A DNA stretch of 64,000 nucleotides, taken from Naegleria gruberi. Taxonomy: Eukaryota. Both the position numbers and the translations under genes were made by a program. This document shows, in pieces, positions 45,798 through 56,834 of this stretch. A model generated the notes under the pieces. That model saw nothing but the letters and a program-made list of their open reading frames with translations, was not told the origin of the DNA and did not search any database. The stretch lies in the NCBI GenBank assembly GCA_000004985.1, contig GG738845.1; one strand, 5' to 3'. How positions within the stretch are numbered: position 1 is the stretch's first letter; every line of letters begins with the position of its first letter.

Positions 45798-48700
45798 ATG
45801 AGTCAACAACAAGATGCTCCACAAACTTCATCTCTTCCGAACACAACAACAACAGAGGCTGGAGCATCAACAACAACATCGGAACAACAAATCAACTCAA
45901 TAACATCAACACCAAATATATCATTTGAAAGTAATTTATTTGCTAATCTTCCGAATCATGATCCCACATTGAAACGTACATGTTGTTCTTTCAATGATAC
46001 TACAATTGCATTCGGTACGGAACAGGGGCATATTTACTTTCATGATAGATATACACTAGAATTAAAATTAACAATTACACATCAAGAGTTGGGTCAGAAG
46101 AGAAATTTTACTTTACCAATAACAAGAGTTTCTTTAACACCTAACTTGATCACCAATGATAAAAGGAGAGCTTTTATTGGAGCTGTAGATTCAGCATTTA
46201 TTGTATATATATTTGAAATTGAATTGACAGTCCAACAAATTGGAAATGCTAATGTTTGTTTTCCTAAAGTGGCCAGATTGCTAAACTCTCATTCACAACA
46301 CAAATTCGAAGTCACTTGTATTGCATGGGCTAATGATTTTCTCAAACTTTTTACTGGTGACACTTCAGGATTTGTTTTCGAGTTTAAAAATCAGAAAAAA
46401 TCACTCCTTTCTATTGGAAATTCTACACAAATTTTGAAAGAGGATGGTGCAGGAATTGTACAGCTATCTGTTTCTGGTGATCATTTACTCGTCTCTTCAA
46501 CAAAGCGTTCCATAGATGTTAATCTTTCAGCACAGCAGTATAAGGGTATTGGAACAAAACCAAGAGATGGTGTTTTTGGCGCATGCTTCCAATATGCTCT
46601 CAAAAAGAAAGAAGAAAACTCAGTTTCCACTCAAGATCAGTACACCATTTACGCATTTTCAGCCAGACCTGGAAGAAGAATTTGGTGTTCAGATATCACT
46701 ACTTGTAAGGTATTGTCAACCCTCAAATTTCCATCTGTGTCACAAGTCAAAGATCTCAAATTTACTCATCTTCTCAGTGTAGGTCCATATCTTGCCTCAT
46801 ACAATGAAGAAACAGTTACTATTTTGGATATTGTCAAATTGAAAATTTTGGATGTGAAATATGGAATAGGAACAATCAAACATGCATCTAGCTTTGGATT
46901 TTCCATGTTTATTGTACATGTTGATGAAAATTCCAATCATATTGTCAGTAGAATAGACTTACAACTTCCAGAAAATGAGAAACAATTCTTTATCAACCAA
47001 ATCCTACCAAAAGTTAGTAGACCAATTACAACCAATCCACAACAACCTGTGCAACCTCCACAACAGCCTCAACAAACTTCACAACCAGTCCAACAACCAG
47101 CACAGAAAAAGGACGAAAATCCACTTCAGCTCATTACTGGTTTGTTAAAAAGAAATGATACCCCTCCAGTGCCTCTTGTTAAAACTCCAAGTAATCCAAT
47201 TTTAATCAACTCTCAAAAAGAAACAGCCTCTTCTAGTGGTAATAGTACGCCAACAACCCCTGCCTCCATTTCTACCTCTTCTATACCTAAAGTTATTGCT
47301 ACAAGTAACAACACTCCAAAAGAAGAAAAGTTATTAGATTTTGAGAATGTAAAGATTGTTTCCACACCACCACCAAAATCTTCTTCCGCATTCTCTTTTT
47401 CATTACCTTCTGTTCAGCTCAAAGACAAATTTTCTGATTTGACAAGTGAAATGATGAAAAAAGCTGCAGCTGTTCTACCTAAACAAGATAAGGAACAACC
47501 AACAGCCAAACCACAAGAAGATATTAAGCCAACTGTAGAAGAGCCAAAACAACCCCAAAAAGATGAAAGTTGGTCTGCCCCAATGGTAGTCCAACCAAAG
47601 AAGATTAAAAAGAAGAAAAAGAAGCCTGAGCGACTCATTAGTTTTGATGGAAGTACCGCTGAACCAACACTCTTAATTGAAGAGAAGAAACCAAAAAAGA
47701 CCAGCTCTAAAAGAAGAACAAAATCTAAGGACTTTGATCAACTCTCACAAGTTTCAGATGATACCAGTAAAACTGGCTCCCTTGGATCAGATAATGAGGA
47801 TAGTGATAACACAGAAGATACTATTACAAGTTCTTCCAGCTTAGTTGATCCTTCACCAATTACTGAAAATTTACCAGCCATGGTTACTGAAGGTGACAAA
47901 TCACCTGGTACACCTTTAGAGAAGGAAGAACCTGTTCCTGAGCAAAAAACTGAACTTACAGAAAGTACTGAAGTTACTAACGTTGCACCAATTATTGAGG
48001 AAATCAAATCTAACGAAGAAATTCCTTATGATGACAACAGTAAGGATACTTCAGTAGCAATTCTTGAAATAATTGATACCGTAACAACAATAGAAGAAGA
48101 AACAATAGATCATATTCAACCTTCTGTTACTGACTCAATTCAAGTAATTGAGCCTGCGGAAAATGAACAAGAAATTCCAGTTGAGTCTGTAGTAAGTGGA
48201 GATGAATCAACAACAAAACAAGTCTCACCAGAAACTACAGAAGAAATTGAAACTATTTCTGAACAAGAAAAACAAGATTTGGAAAAGAAACAAGAGGAGG
48301 AGAGAAGAGAATTGCAACGTATCGAAGATGAAAACAAAAAAGCTGAACAAGAGAGAATTAGAATTGAGGAAGAAAAACTTAAAGAACAAGAAAGGATTGC
48401 AGAGGAAAAAAGAAAAGAAGAAGAACGACTTGCGGAAGAGAGAAGAAAAGAGCAAGAACGTACAGCAGAAGAAAAGAGAAAAAAGGAAGAGGAAGAAGAA
48501 AAGAGAATTGCAGAAGAGAGAAGAAAGAAGGAACTTGAAAGGCTCGAAGAAGAGAGGAAGAGAAAAGAGCAAGAGGAAAAACAAAGGCTCGAAGAGGAAA
48601 AAAGAAAGGAACAAGAAAGGCTTGAGGAAGAAAGAAAGAGAAAGGAACAGGAAAGAATTGAAGAAGAAAAAAGAAAGAGAGAAGAATTAATCAAAAAGAA

Positions 48701-50345
48701 ACATGCTTCCTTCTTTGAACTTATTGTGGAACCTATGGATAGCCTGTTTGAACAATTGGCAAACTTTTTAAGTGTGGGAGATGGAATTTGGTGTCCTAAA
48801 TTTACTTCCACACTCAAGACATGGTTTGACGATTTTGTAAAGTTAGTAGAGACAGAGCAAAAAGAAAAACATGACTATTGCATAATATCTGAAATGATTT
48901 CTCAAGAATTGAATGAAGAACAACAAAGCCAACTTTCCAAACTGCTCAACTTTAGATTTGAGAGATTATTTGCTGAGGAAACTATTGAAAAACCTTACAT
49001 TTCTCGCGTACTCTCCATATTACATGAATTTTTATTCATGTCTCAATGCTGTACACTCTGTAATTCTCATAACTGTGCTGAGTGCATTAACACTATTTTT
49101 GAAATTGAAGACCAACATAACTACCTCTCAGAAGAAAGAAAGAATATTGATAGACTTTTCGAACAATTCAAGGTAAAGAACTCTATGGAAATTAGAGACC
49201 AAATATTCAAAGATATCGACTCTTTAAAGAATGATTACCCCTCTATTCCATTGAGATATACACTAGCACTATCTAAACTTCCTGGAGGACATGAGCTTTG
49301 TGCTCTACTTTATCCTTATATCCAAGTGTGGAATTACAATAATGCAATTGGTACTGAAAGCAATCATTCAAAGTATATCCAATATCTAATGAGTGTTTAC
49401 AAGCTTAACCATTCTAGCCATATTAGTCATCAATTTATGGAACACTTTGTTATCAAATTGGTTACCAATTTTGAGAGAAATGTCCACGAATCACTGATTA
49501 TCAACATTATTGATGAGGCTCAAAGTAAGCTTAATTGCTTTAGTGACACTCACTTTTTAGAGAAGGAATTGAAAAAGACTCCCTCAACTCAACACTGCCT
49601 CCACTATTTTTATGAAAAGTTTGATAAGATATCAGAGTTAATAGATTTGATTGTCAGAGGTGATAGCTTGAATAATCTTGCAACCTTTATGGAAAAACAT
49701 TACGAAAATCAACAAAATTGGATTACACTAATGAATTGCATTGAAAATAGTCCAAAATCAATATGTACAAAAGAGCAAGCTGTATTTTTAATGTGTAAAT
49801 GTCTGGGATCTTTGCAAACTCTAAATATTTTGCAAGATGCCTCTGTAGAAAGTTGTCTACACGATGTTGATCCAATAATTTACACCAAGATTTGTCAATT
49901 AGCCAGAGCAGAAACAGAACAAAGCAAGCTAAGACATAACATGATAGAAATCATGGACAGCTACATGTGGTCAGAAAAGGATGAGTGCATTGCTCCACAA
50001 ATAAGGTCAATTTTATCCTTCCAAACTGACATTCCACCTTCCCTCTTCAGTTCCATTAATACACCTGAAGAGTCGTTCCCTTACATGGCTTCATTCTTCA
50101 AATTAGACAATTCCAAGTCCTCACTCAATGAATTCCAAACAGAGCTTCCAAGATTCACAGAAGACTGTGGATCAAACTGGGGATCTCAGATAAGAGTTGG
50201 CAAAACAGCCAGATGCTTCTGTTGCAGATTACCTCTCACAGAACGAGTTGGTGGTGATGTATTGGTATTCCCATGTGGACATTGTTATCATCGTTCTTGC
50301 AATCCTCTCGAAGTTTGTACTCACAACGGATGTAGAGATGCATAA
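45798..50345 (+). CDS. large WD40/beta-propeller protein with a long E/R/K charged repeat region and a C-terminal RING-H2-like finger (Vps8/Vps41-class architecture)
   Basis: N-terminal beta-propeller-like repeats. About 160 aa of EERRKEQER-type repeats (48.2-48.7 kb). The C-terminus CFCCRLPLTERVGGDVLVFPCGHCYHRSC matches the C-x2-C...F-x-C-G-H-x-Y-H-x2-C RING-H2 pattern. Confidence 0.55.
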   Translation: MSQQQDAPQTSSLPNTTTTEAGASTTTSEQQINSITSTPNISFESNLFANLPNHDPTLKRTCCSFNDTTIAFGTEQGHIYFHDRYTLELKLTITHQELGQKRNFTLPITRVSLTPNLITNDKRRAFIGAVDSAFIVYIFEIELTVQQIGNANVCFPKVARLLNSHSQHKFEVTCIAWANDFLKLFTGDTSGFVFEFKNQKKSLLSIGNSTQILKEDGAGIVQLSVSGDHLLVSSTKRSIDVNLSAQQYKGIGTKPRDGVFGACFQYALKKKEENSVSTQDQYTIYAFSARPGRRIWCSDITTCKVLSTLKFPSVSQVKDLKFTHLLSVGPYLASYNEETVTILDIVKLKILDVKYGIGTIKHASSFGFSMFIVHVDENSNHIVSRIDLQLPENEKQFFINQILPKVSRPITTNPQQPVQPPQQPQQTSQPVQQPAQKKDENPLQLITGLLKRNDTPPVPLVKTPSNPILINSQKETASSSGNSTPTTPASISTSSIPKVIATSNNTPKEEKLLDFENVKIVSTPPPKSSSAFSFSLPSVQLKDKFSDLTSEMMKKAAAVLPKQDKEQPTAKPQEDIKPTVEEPKQPQKDESWSAPMVVQPKKIKKKKKKPERLISFDGSTAEPTLLIEEKKPKKTSSKRRTKSKDFDQLSQVSDDTSKTGSLGSDNEDSDNTEDTITSSSSLVDPSPITENLPAMVTEGDKSPGTPLEKEEPVPEQKTELTESTEVTNVAPIIEEIKSNEEIPYDDNSKDTSVAILEIIDTVTTIEEETIDHIQPSVTDSIQVIEPAENEQEIPVESVVSGDESTTKQVSPETTEEIETISEQEKQDLEKKQEEERRELQRIEDENKKAEQERIRIEEEKLKEQERIAEEKRKEEERLAEERRKEQERTAEEKRKKEEEEEKRIAEERRKKELERLEEERKRKEQEEKQRLEEEKRKEQERLEEERKRKEQERIEEEKRKREELIKKKHASFFELIVEPMDSLFEQLANFLSVGDGIWCPKFTSTLKTWFDDFVKLVETEQKEKHDYCIISEMISQELNEEQQSQLSKLLNFRFERLFAEETIEKPYISRVLSILHEFLFMSQCCTLCNSHNCAECINTIFEIEDQHNYLSEERKNIDRLFEQFKVKNSMEIRDQIFKDIDSLKNDYPSIPLRYTLALSKLPGGHELCALLYPYIQVWNYNNAIGTESNHSKYIQYLMSVYKLNHSSHISHQFMEHFVIKLVTNFERNVHESLIINIIDEAQSKLNCFSDTHFLEKELKKTPSTQHCLHYFYEKFDKISELIDLIVRGDSLNNLATFMEKHYENQQNWITLMNCIENSPKSICTKEQAVFLMCKCLGSLQTLNILQDASVESCLHDVDPIIYTKICQLARAETEQSKLRHNMIEIMDSYMWSEKDECIAPQIRSILSFQTDIPPSLFSSINTPEESFPYMASFFKLDNSKSSLNEFQTELPRFTEDCGSNWGSQIRVGKTARCFCCRLPLTERVGGDVLVFPCGHCYHRSCNPLEVCTHNGCRDA
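48190..48700 (+). repeat. purine-rich (GAA/AAG/AGA) low-complexity coding repeat encoding E/R/K heptad-like repeats
   Basis: It produces spurious overlapping ORFs in several frames and on both strands in the ORF track (48140..48817-, 48196..48690+, 48225..48614-). Confidence 0.5.
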
Positions 50346-50669
50346 AATACATTGTTTTTTTATGTGGACTTTTCTGACAATAGATTCTACCAATTCAAAA
50401 TGTAATCTTCATGTTGTAAAATTCTCATATGTTTACGAACTAGATATTTTCCAACAGTGCCTTTTTGGACAAATACAGCCCTATTATCATGCGCCCACAC
50501 CACTACTGTACACACATAACTTGTTGCATTCAAACTAACTGTTCAGAGTTTTCAATAGTGGGGTTTAACCCTCAATCAGCAGAACAGAAAAACACACTAA
50601 GAGTTGTTTGCGATGATATTTATTTAAACACTCGCCCCATGAGCGCATTGAGTTACCATTCAAAAAAAA

Positions 50670-52898
50670 ATGTCTGCATCCAAGACAGCTATTGTTTCAA
50701 CCTTAGTGGTTGTTATGATGGTTTTGATCCAAAGTGCCTTGTCTCTTAAGAATTCTGCCCACAAGAGAAGTGAAGATGACTGGATTCCGGGTAGGTTTTA
50801 TTGTTGTTCTTGTTGCGGATATTTATTCTGTAATTTTTTATATTAAGGCTACAATTACATGTTGAGCGGTTTCGACGTTAGAAGTATGCAAAGTTCTTCT
50901 AACAGCATGGATCCTGCTAAGAATGTTGTAAATTTAATTTTCAGACCAACCACTGAGTTTGGAACTTTGTACCGTATGCCAGTTTCTAAGGAAAAGTTTA
51001 AGGTACCAGATGCCATTGAAGTTTATGATTATGTTACTACAAACGTTACTAAAACATCAGACACTATGGAATCAATGTCTGAATCATTGAAGTATGAAGC
51101 TTCAAGCTATTCATTCTCATTCTCTGTCAACGTTGGTGTTGTCGGTGTTAGTGCTGGTTTGAACACATCTTTTGGCCACATTCACCAAACCTTTGCTCAA
51201 AGCAATCTCTTTATGGCCACTGGTTCTATTAGAGGTACTATTTATCAAGCTACCCTTGAACCACCAACATTCTTGGAACAAAATCCATACTTTAAGAGAG
51301 CTTTGGCTGCCATTCCAAACACTCCAACTGCTGCCGATTTGGACAAGATTAATACCTTGATCAAATACTTTGGTGTTTCATATGTTTCAAAGGGTGTTTT
51401 CGGTGGTAAATTCAATTTGATCACTAAGGTTTCTGATAAGATCCTCAAGTCCTATGACAAGTCTTGGTGTATTACTCAATTGTCCTTGACCTTCAGTTAT
51501 GGCGCTTATTCATTTGGTATGTCTGGATTCAAAAATAAGACTGATATCCATGTCAATAATGATTTTGCCAATAACGCCAAGACTGACATGTTCTTCGTTG
51601 GTGGTGACTTTACTTTGCAAAGTAACGAAACTCTTAAGGAATGGTACCAATCAATTCCAGGCCAACCATCCCTTATCGGAGGTGAATTCAATTTGATTTC
51701 TGATTTGGTTGATAACAATGCTGTAAAGAAGAAGAATTTGGAAGCCATCTTGAAGAACTATGTTGCCACTGGTAGAGTTGAAATTCCTGCTTCCATCAAG
51801 AAGATTGCTGTTCCTCATCCACTCAAGAGAAATGTCCTCCTTGATCTTTCTCGTATTCCAGGTGCTGCCTTGATTGGTTCTGGTTTCGATACCTTTACGT
51901 AAGTTGTTTTTTGTTTAAATCTCAACTAATTAACGTTAAATAGTCTCACTCCAAGATTGAGTCTTTTCAAGCAAGCTCCAGATTCCAAGGCTACTACTTG
52001 GACTAATCCAATCTATAAGGATATTCAATTCGCTGTTCCAGGAAACGTCCTCGTCAGAAATAATGCTGAATCATACTATGCTAACAGCACTTTTGTTGCT
52101 TTGACCAAGCAAGAATACGAATATCAATATAGAGAACACTCCTCTAAATCTGGCATGTTCGGTTTGAGTCACCATTCTAGAGATGTTTTCATTTATAACT
52201 ATCGTTATGAATTTGAAGATTCTTACCAATTGAATACTTTCAGAAGAATTTCTTGGTATGATTTGTCATTGGATCCTCTCTGTTTGTTCGATCTTAATAA
52301 CCGTCTTGAACCATTTGCTAAGAGAATGATTGATTCTCTCCCAGCTACTGGTGGTGATCAAAAAGAAGTCAGAGATAAGTACAAGAAGTTTATCGATTAC
52401 TATGGTACTGCTGTTGTCACCAAGACAACTATGGGTGGTGGTATCTTCTTCAAGGTTAACTTTAAGAAGGATTTGACCAAGACTTTGAGCATTCATGAAA
52501 TCCACGAACAATCTGGATGGTCATTCCTCCACATTTTCGGTGAAAAGTCAACTCACGATTTCTATCTTAAGAAGTTGTCTCAACAGTTCATTCAACACTC
52601 GTCTGTTGAATTCAACACTCAAGGTGGTTCTTGGACTCCAGAAATTAACGGTGTTAGACCAACTGGTCCAAATGCTCTTAACATTATTGATTCTCCAGAA
52701 GGTTACATGAGTTGGGAAGATTATGCTAACTCTATCAAGTATGACCCATACCCAGTCAACTATGAATTGCAACCAATTCACACTATCTTTGCTGATAAGG
52801 CCAAGCAAGGTATTATGAAGTCTGTTCTTGATGAATATCTCCAAGAAAAGTACAATCAAAAGCCAGCTTCATTCTCCAGAGCCGGTAAGGAATACTAA
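50670..52898 (+). CDS. secreted MACPF (membrane-attack-complex/perforin) domain protein; 3 exons (about 50670..50790, 50848..51898, 51944..52898)
   Basis: Exon 1 encodes the signal peptide MSASKTAIVSTLVVVMMVLIQSALSL (its frame is too short for the ORF track). G|GTAGGT..ATTAAG|GC joins it to MLSGFDVRS.... The MACPF signature is YFGVSYVSKGVFGGKF (Y-G-T-H-x7-GG type). AC|GTAAGT..AAATAG|T joins the second track ORF in frame (...GFDTF-T-LTPRLSLFKQAP...). Confidence 0.7.
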
Positions 52899-52923
52899 AT
52901 AAATATAATTGTTGTTTATTCAA

Positions 52924-55070
52924 TTAAAGCTTATCAAAATCTTGTATTTCTAATATCAATTTTTTCATTTCCTCAATAATGTCTTGACTGGAATTGTGCT
53001 TGTTGCATCCATTCTTCAAAAGAAAATTAAGGAGATGAATCTTTTCTTCCAAAGTTACCCGTATAGAGGTCAATCTATCATAGAACAAGGTGGTGAGATT
53101 AAAGGTAGATTTAACCTTTTTCTTCTCTAGTTGATTATTTACAGTAACCATCAATTTCGAATTAGGTGTAGAATTAATTAAGAGAGGATACCAAAAGGAT
53201 GATTTGACTGCGTTTCTATTGAGTAAAATTGGATGAGCCAGAGTTGTTTGAAAAGGCTGTCTCAGAAATTGTGAATAAATAAAAGGTACCTTTGTTTTAA
53301 ATTTAGGAATTGAGTTGATAGTTTTCATGTGTAACCTATCCTCACGATAAGTATTGAAAGACTGCATAAAAAGTCAAAATTCTCATCTCTACCAACATTT
53401 TCACGTAAAATTTCCTCAACACTCTTATGATACATATTTTGAATGATAGCTTGAATTCCTTTCCTATTGAGCTCCAAATGTGAATCTCCAGAACAGTTAT
53501 CAATAATATGACAAAGTAAGTAATCCAACTTTGCTCCTCTAATGAATAAATCACCACTACCACTTTTACATTCTTTCAAAATAGAATAATATTCTGGTGA
53601 TAGTGAAATATTCCTTGATATTTCTGATACTATTGTTGGTGCGGTAATATTACAATGATTGGAATGGGATCTGGTTGCTAGTAGAATAATAATAAACGTT
53701 GGAGAAAATGTAAAAGGCACCTGGTCGGTAATAGATGGTACCTTAGTCTGAAGAGATTCGAAAACACGATCCAACAATCCAACTTTCATAAAACTAGTTT
53801 GCTCAGCTCTGTAAAGATCATAAAGGAGGGCTATTGTCATCCAATTTGTCAAGTTGATAGGGCATTTTCCAATACTATTTGATTTCAAAATATTATCCAT
53901 CTTCACCAACAGTGACTCTAGATTTTCTTTCTCTTCAGGCGTAAAAACCGAGTCAACTATTTCAGGAGTAATCTCTCTAATTGATATTTCATCCTCACTA
54001 GAACGAAATATTCTATCTCTAAAATAATCCAATTGCCTGAGTAAATCCTTAAACAAATCAGTACACTCCCCAAAACAATAGCTCACCAAACAAGTCATTA
54101 GAGAAAACCAATCAGAATCATTGTTAGTGTATGGAATGTTATCGCGTATTTGTACCATCCATTCCTCAAATTTTGAATTCTTATAAACTGAATCAGTTAA
54201 TAATGACTGTTGAATAGCATTACTATCCAAATTTGGAATATGTTTTTCTAGCAGTTTACAGAAATAATCAACTTGCATTATTGACTCGTCACTAGAAAGA
54301 AAGCAATCAATGTCACCATTCTCCAATTTACGTATTCTCCAACTTTTCTCCCTCAATGAATCAGTATTATCCTCCATTATCATTGGAGGTTCAGGAATAG
54401 ACAATGTTCTCTCATCTTCATCTCCATTACTCATTAGAATATTAATCTTCCTCTCCAATGGTGCCCAACTATATGAAGAGTAGGTCGTTTTCCTATTTTC
54501 TCTCTGTTCATTCCAAATATTGAATACAGTTTCAATACATTCAGGAAGTGACTGTTGAGTGGTGAATAAATTTAAAACTGAATCGCTTGTTGAACCACTC
54601 AACAAATCAACATCATCCACCAACAAACTGATAATTTTCGGAAAGTTATACTGTCTAATATTGGGATATGAAAAAGTTGCTCTAAAATCATGTAAACACA
54701 TTCCATCATTAATTTTCATAGCCATCAATGGATTGAATAATAAATTCAAATGAAATGATAGACAATTATTCGCTTGTAATGATGATGATTCAATTGAAAC
54801 TCTATCATTATTAATTAAATTATAATTTAATATTATATCGAGAATACACTCTTGCTCTGACAAGGCTTGTTGAGAGGAGGGAAATAACAAATTGAATTTA
54901 GCAAATGATTTGTTCCAATCGGAGACTTGATTTCTTGTTGTTATATTGTTGTTTTCCGAGTAGAGAGAAATAAGCCACTCTACTAATTCATTGTGTACTA
55001 GATGATTGAATAATTGTTGCCCAGAGGAATCATGTTTCATGTTTTTAAATTTTTTTGTTAAGAAATGCAT
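52924..55070 (-). CDS. hypothetical protein (about 690 aa); 2 exons with an about 56-nt intron near 53289..53344
   Basis: Overlapping track ORFs 53325..55070 and 52924..53367 are in different frames. ATC|GTGAGG...ACAAAG|GTA joins them (...SLSILI-VPFIYSQFL...). No family recognised. Confidence 0.45.
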
Positions 55071-55096
55071 AATATTTAATAATTAAAAAGAATGAG

Positions 55097-55169
55097 TGGA
55101 GATGCGGGGTATCGATCCCCGTACCTCTTCCATGCTAAAGAAGCGCTCTACCATGTGAGCTACATCCCC
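55097..55169 (-). tRNA. tRNA-Ala (anticodon AGC)
   Basis: The reverse complement folds as GGGGATG TA GCTC ACATGGTA GAGC G CTTCT TTAGCAT GGAAG AGGTA CGGGG ATCGATA CCCCG CATCTCC A. It carries the Ala-identity G3:U70 pair. A T-run terminator lies downstream (cttttt). Confidence 0.85.
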
Positions 55170-55369
55170 TTCACATTCACTATAAACATTTCCTGATAAT
55201 ATTACTTATTCGAATTGTGGGCTGCTTCTAGACCATGAAAATTAAACTTTGTCATCCTTGTTATCTTCAATGCATTACTTACTTTTTGTCACAAGGCAAT
55301 CGAAATTAATCATTTGAAAAAAACATTCAATCAATTTCCTTCATCACACAATAACTCTTTTTTAAAAAA

Positions 55370-55822
55370 ATGGCAATTCAATTTCTCGGAGTGTTAGTGA
55401 GAGCAGCTGTTGCAGTGGGTTCTATCGCAGTCGGTGCCTTCAGAGATGCCTACAAACAAGCAGCTGCTAGAGGTGCTGCTGCAGGCGCTGCTGGTGCCAA
55501 TACTGGAGCTTTTGGACAAAAATTAGACGTTACCAAATCACAACCAATGACCATGATGGAAGCACAAAAGATTTTAGGATTACCAAAGGTTGCTGAAGGT
55601 GAAACTGTGGATTATAATCTCGTTCAAGAAAAATTCGATAAAATGTTCAAGAATAATAACCCAAAGACCGGAGGAAGTTTTTATATTCAATCTAAAATAA
55701 TAAGAGCTAAACAATTTATTGAATATGAACTGATAAAGGAAAACAAATTAACTGAAGAACAAAGACTCACATTTGAAGAAAGGACAAAGAATATTGTGGA
55801 TCAACACTCTTCCGAAAATTAA
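55370..55822 (+). CDS. PAM16: mitochondrial import inner-membrane translocase subunit TIM16/PAM16 (Magmas)
   Basis: MTMMEAQKILGLPK...VQEKFDKMFKNNNPKTGGSFYIQSKIIRAKQFIEYEL aligns with human PAM16 (LSLQEAQQILNVSK...[33 protein letters not shown]). Ala/Gly-rich N-terminal membrane-association segment. Confidence 0.85.
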   Translation: MAIQFLGVLVRAAVAVGSIAVGAFRDAYKQAAARGAAAGAAGANTGAFGQKLDVTKSQPMTMMEAQKILGLPKVAEGETVDYNLVQEKFDKMFKNNNPKTGGSFYIQSKIIRAKQFIEYELIKENKLTEEQRLTFEERTKNIVDQHSSEN

Positions 55823-55986
55823 GCTCTCCTCTTTTTCACTTTTCCAATTTCCCTCTCTAATTTTCCCACCAATTCTCCTTTTAATAAAAACTCAAAAAAT
55901 TCAATCATAATGATATGTATTGAATTCTCCTATTAAATATGATTTGACATCAAAATGATCAAATCTATCAAATTAGAAAACAAAAA

Positions 55987-56694
55987 ATGGCTGTAACGGT
56001 AATATTGCATGACTTTTGGTTTGTTGGTTCGGAACAAAAGTTACTGACAGACAAGTTTCAATCTCTACCCCCAGTTAGATATCCAATTTCTTATCAAATA
56101 TTATGTGCATCCTTTGCAACTTTAACAACTAATTCATGGACTGTGTATGAGGAGGAAAAAATTGAAGAACCAAGAATGGGACCTTCAGGATTATTCCTCT
56201 CCTGTAAAAAACTATTCGATATTTATTTACGCTTGGTACGTGACTATGATGGTTTCATAGAAGATGATTCATTGCAAGAGGGACTTTGGAAGAATTGTAG
56301 AGCCACCGATTTCTATGGTGAACAACCAGAGGAGATGAAAACAGCTTTCAATTCTTTATTCAAAACTGGAGTATTCAAAAGTAAAGACAAATTAAAAGAG
56401 CTTGAGAATGAAGAATTGAATCAAGTAAATAGAGCAACAAGAAACATTGATAATGACATGATAGGAGAGGGTCCTTACACAAATCGTGTACTGAACTGGT
56501 TGAAATATGTTAATGGACTTGAAGGAGGTGATGATTGGGGTGATCATGCTCTGGTTTTTTATTTTGAAATTAAGAGAACCAGTTCAGATTACCATGGCAA
56601 TGAATACCAAGATGACCTTCTCCCAATGTTATGTTCCTGTAAATATATGAAATATTTCTATGAGAACAAGAGAAAGGAGAAAAAATTAAAATAG
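55987..56694 (+). CDS. hypothetical protein (235 aa)
   Basis: ATG ORF with ordinary codon usage. No family recognised. Confidence 0.4.
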   Translation: MAVTVILHDFWFVGSEQKLLTDKFQSLPPVRYPISYQILCASFATLTTNSWTVYEEEKIEEPRMGPSGLFLSCKKLFDIYLRLVRDYDGFIEDDSLQEGLWKNCRATDFYGEQPEEMKTAFNSLFKTGVFKSKDKLKELENEELNQVNRATRNIDNDMIGEGPYTNRVLNWLKYVNGLEGGDDWGDHALVFYFEIKRTSSDYHGNEYQDDLLPMLCSCKYMKYFYENKRKEKKLK

Positions 56695-56834
56695 ATTTCA
56701 ATTATTAATTAAAAAAATAAGGATGATAACAAGCAATATTACTACCCTGTATTATAATTTCATTGTTTTAATTTTAAATATTTTAATCAAATTTAGATCA
56801 CAAAAATAATTCCAAATTTATTAACACAAAAAAA

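Noticed and set aside
48140-48817. Long overlapping ORFs on both strands and in several frames (225 aa S/F/L-rich on the minus strand; 164 aa K/R/E-rich on the plus strand)
   Set aside because: They lie entirely within the purine-rich GAA/AAG coding repeat of the large WD/RING gene. Low-complexity sequence stays open in all frames. Only the frame continuous with 45798..50345 is coding.
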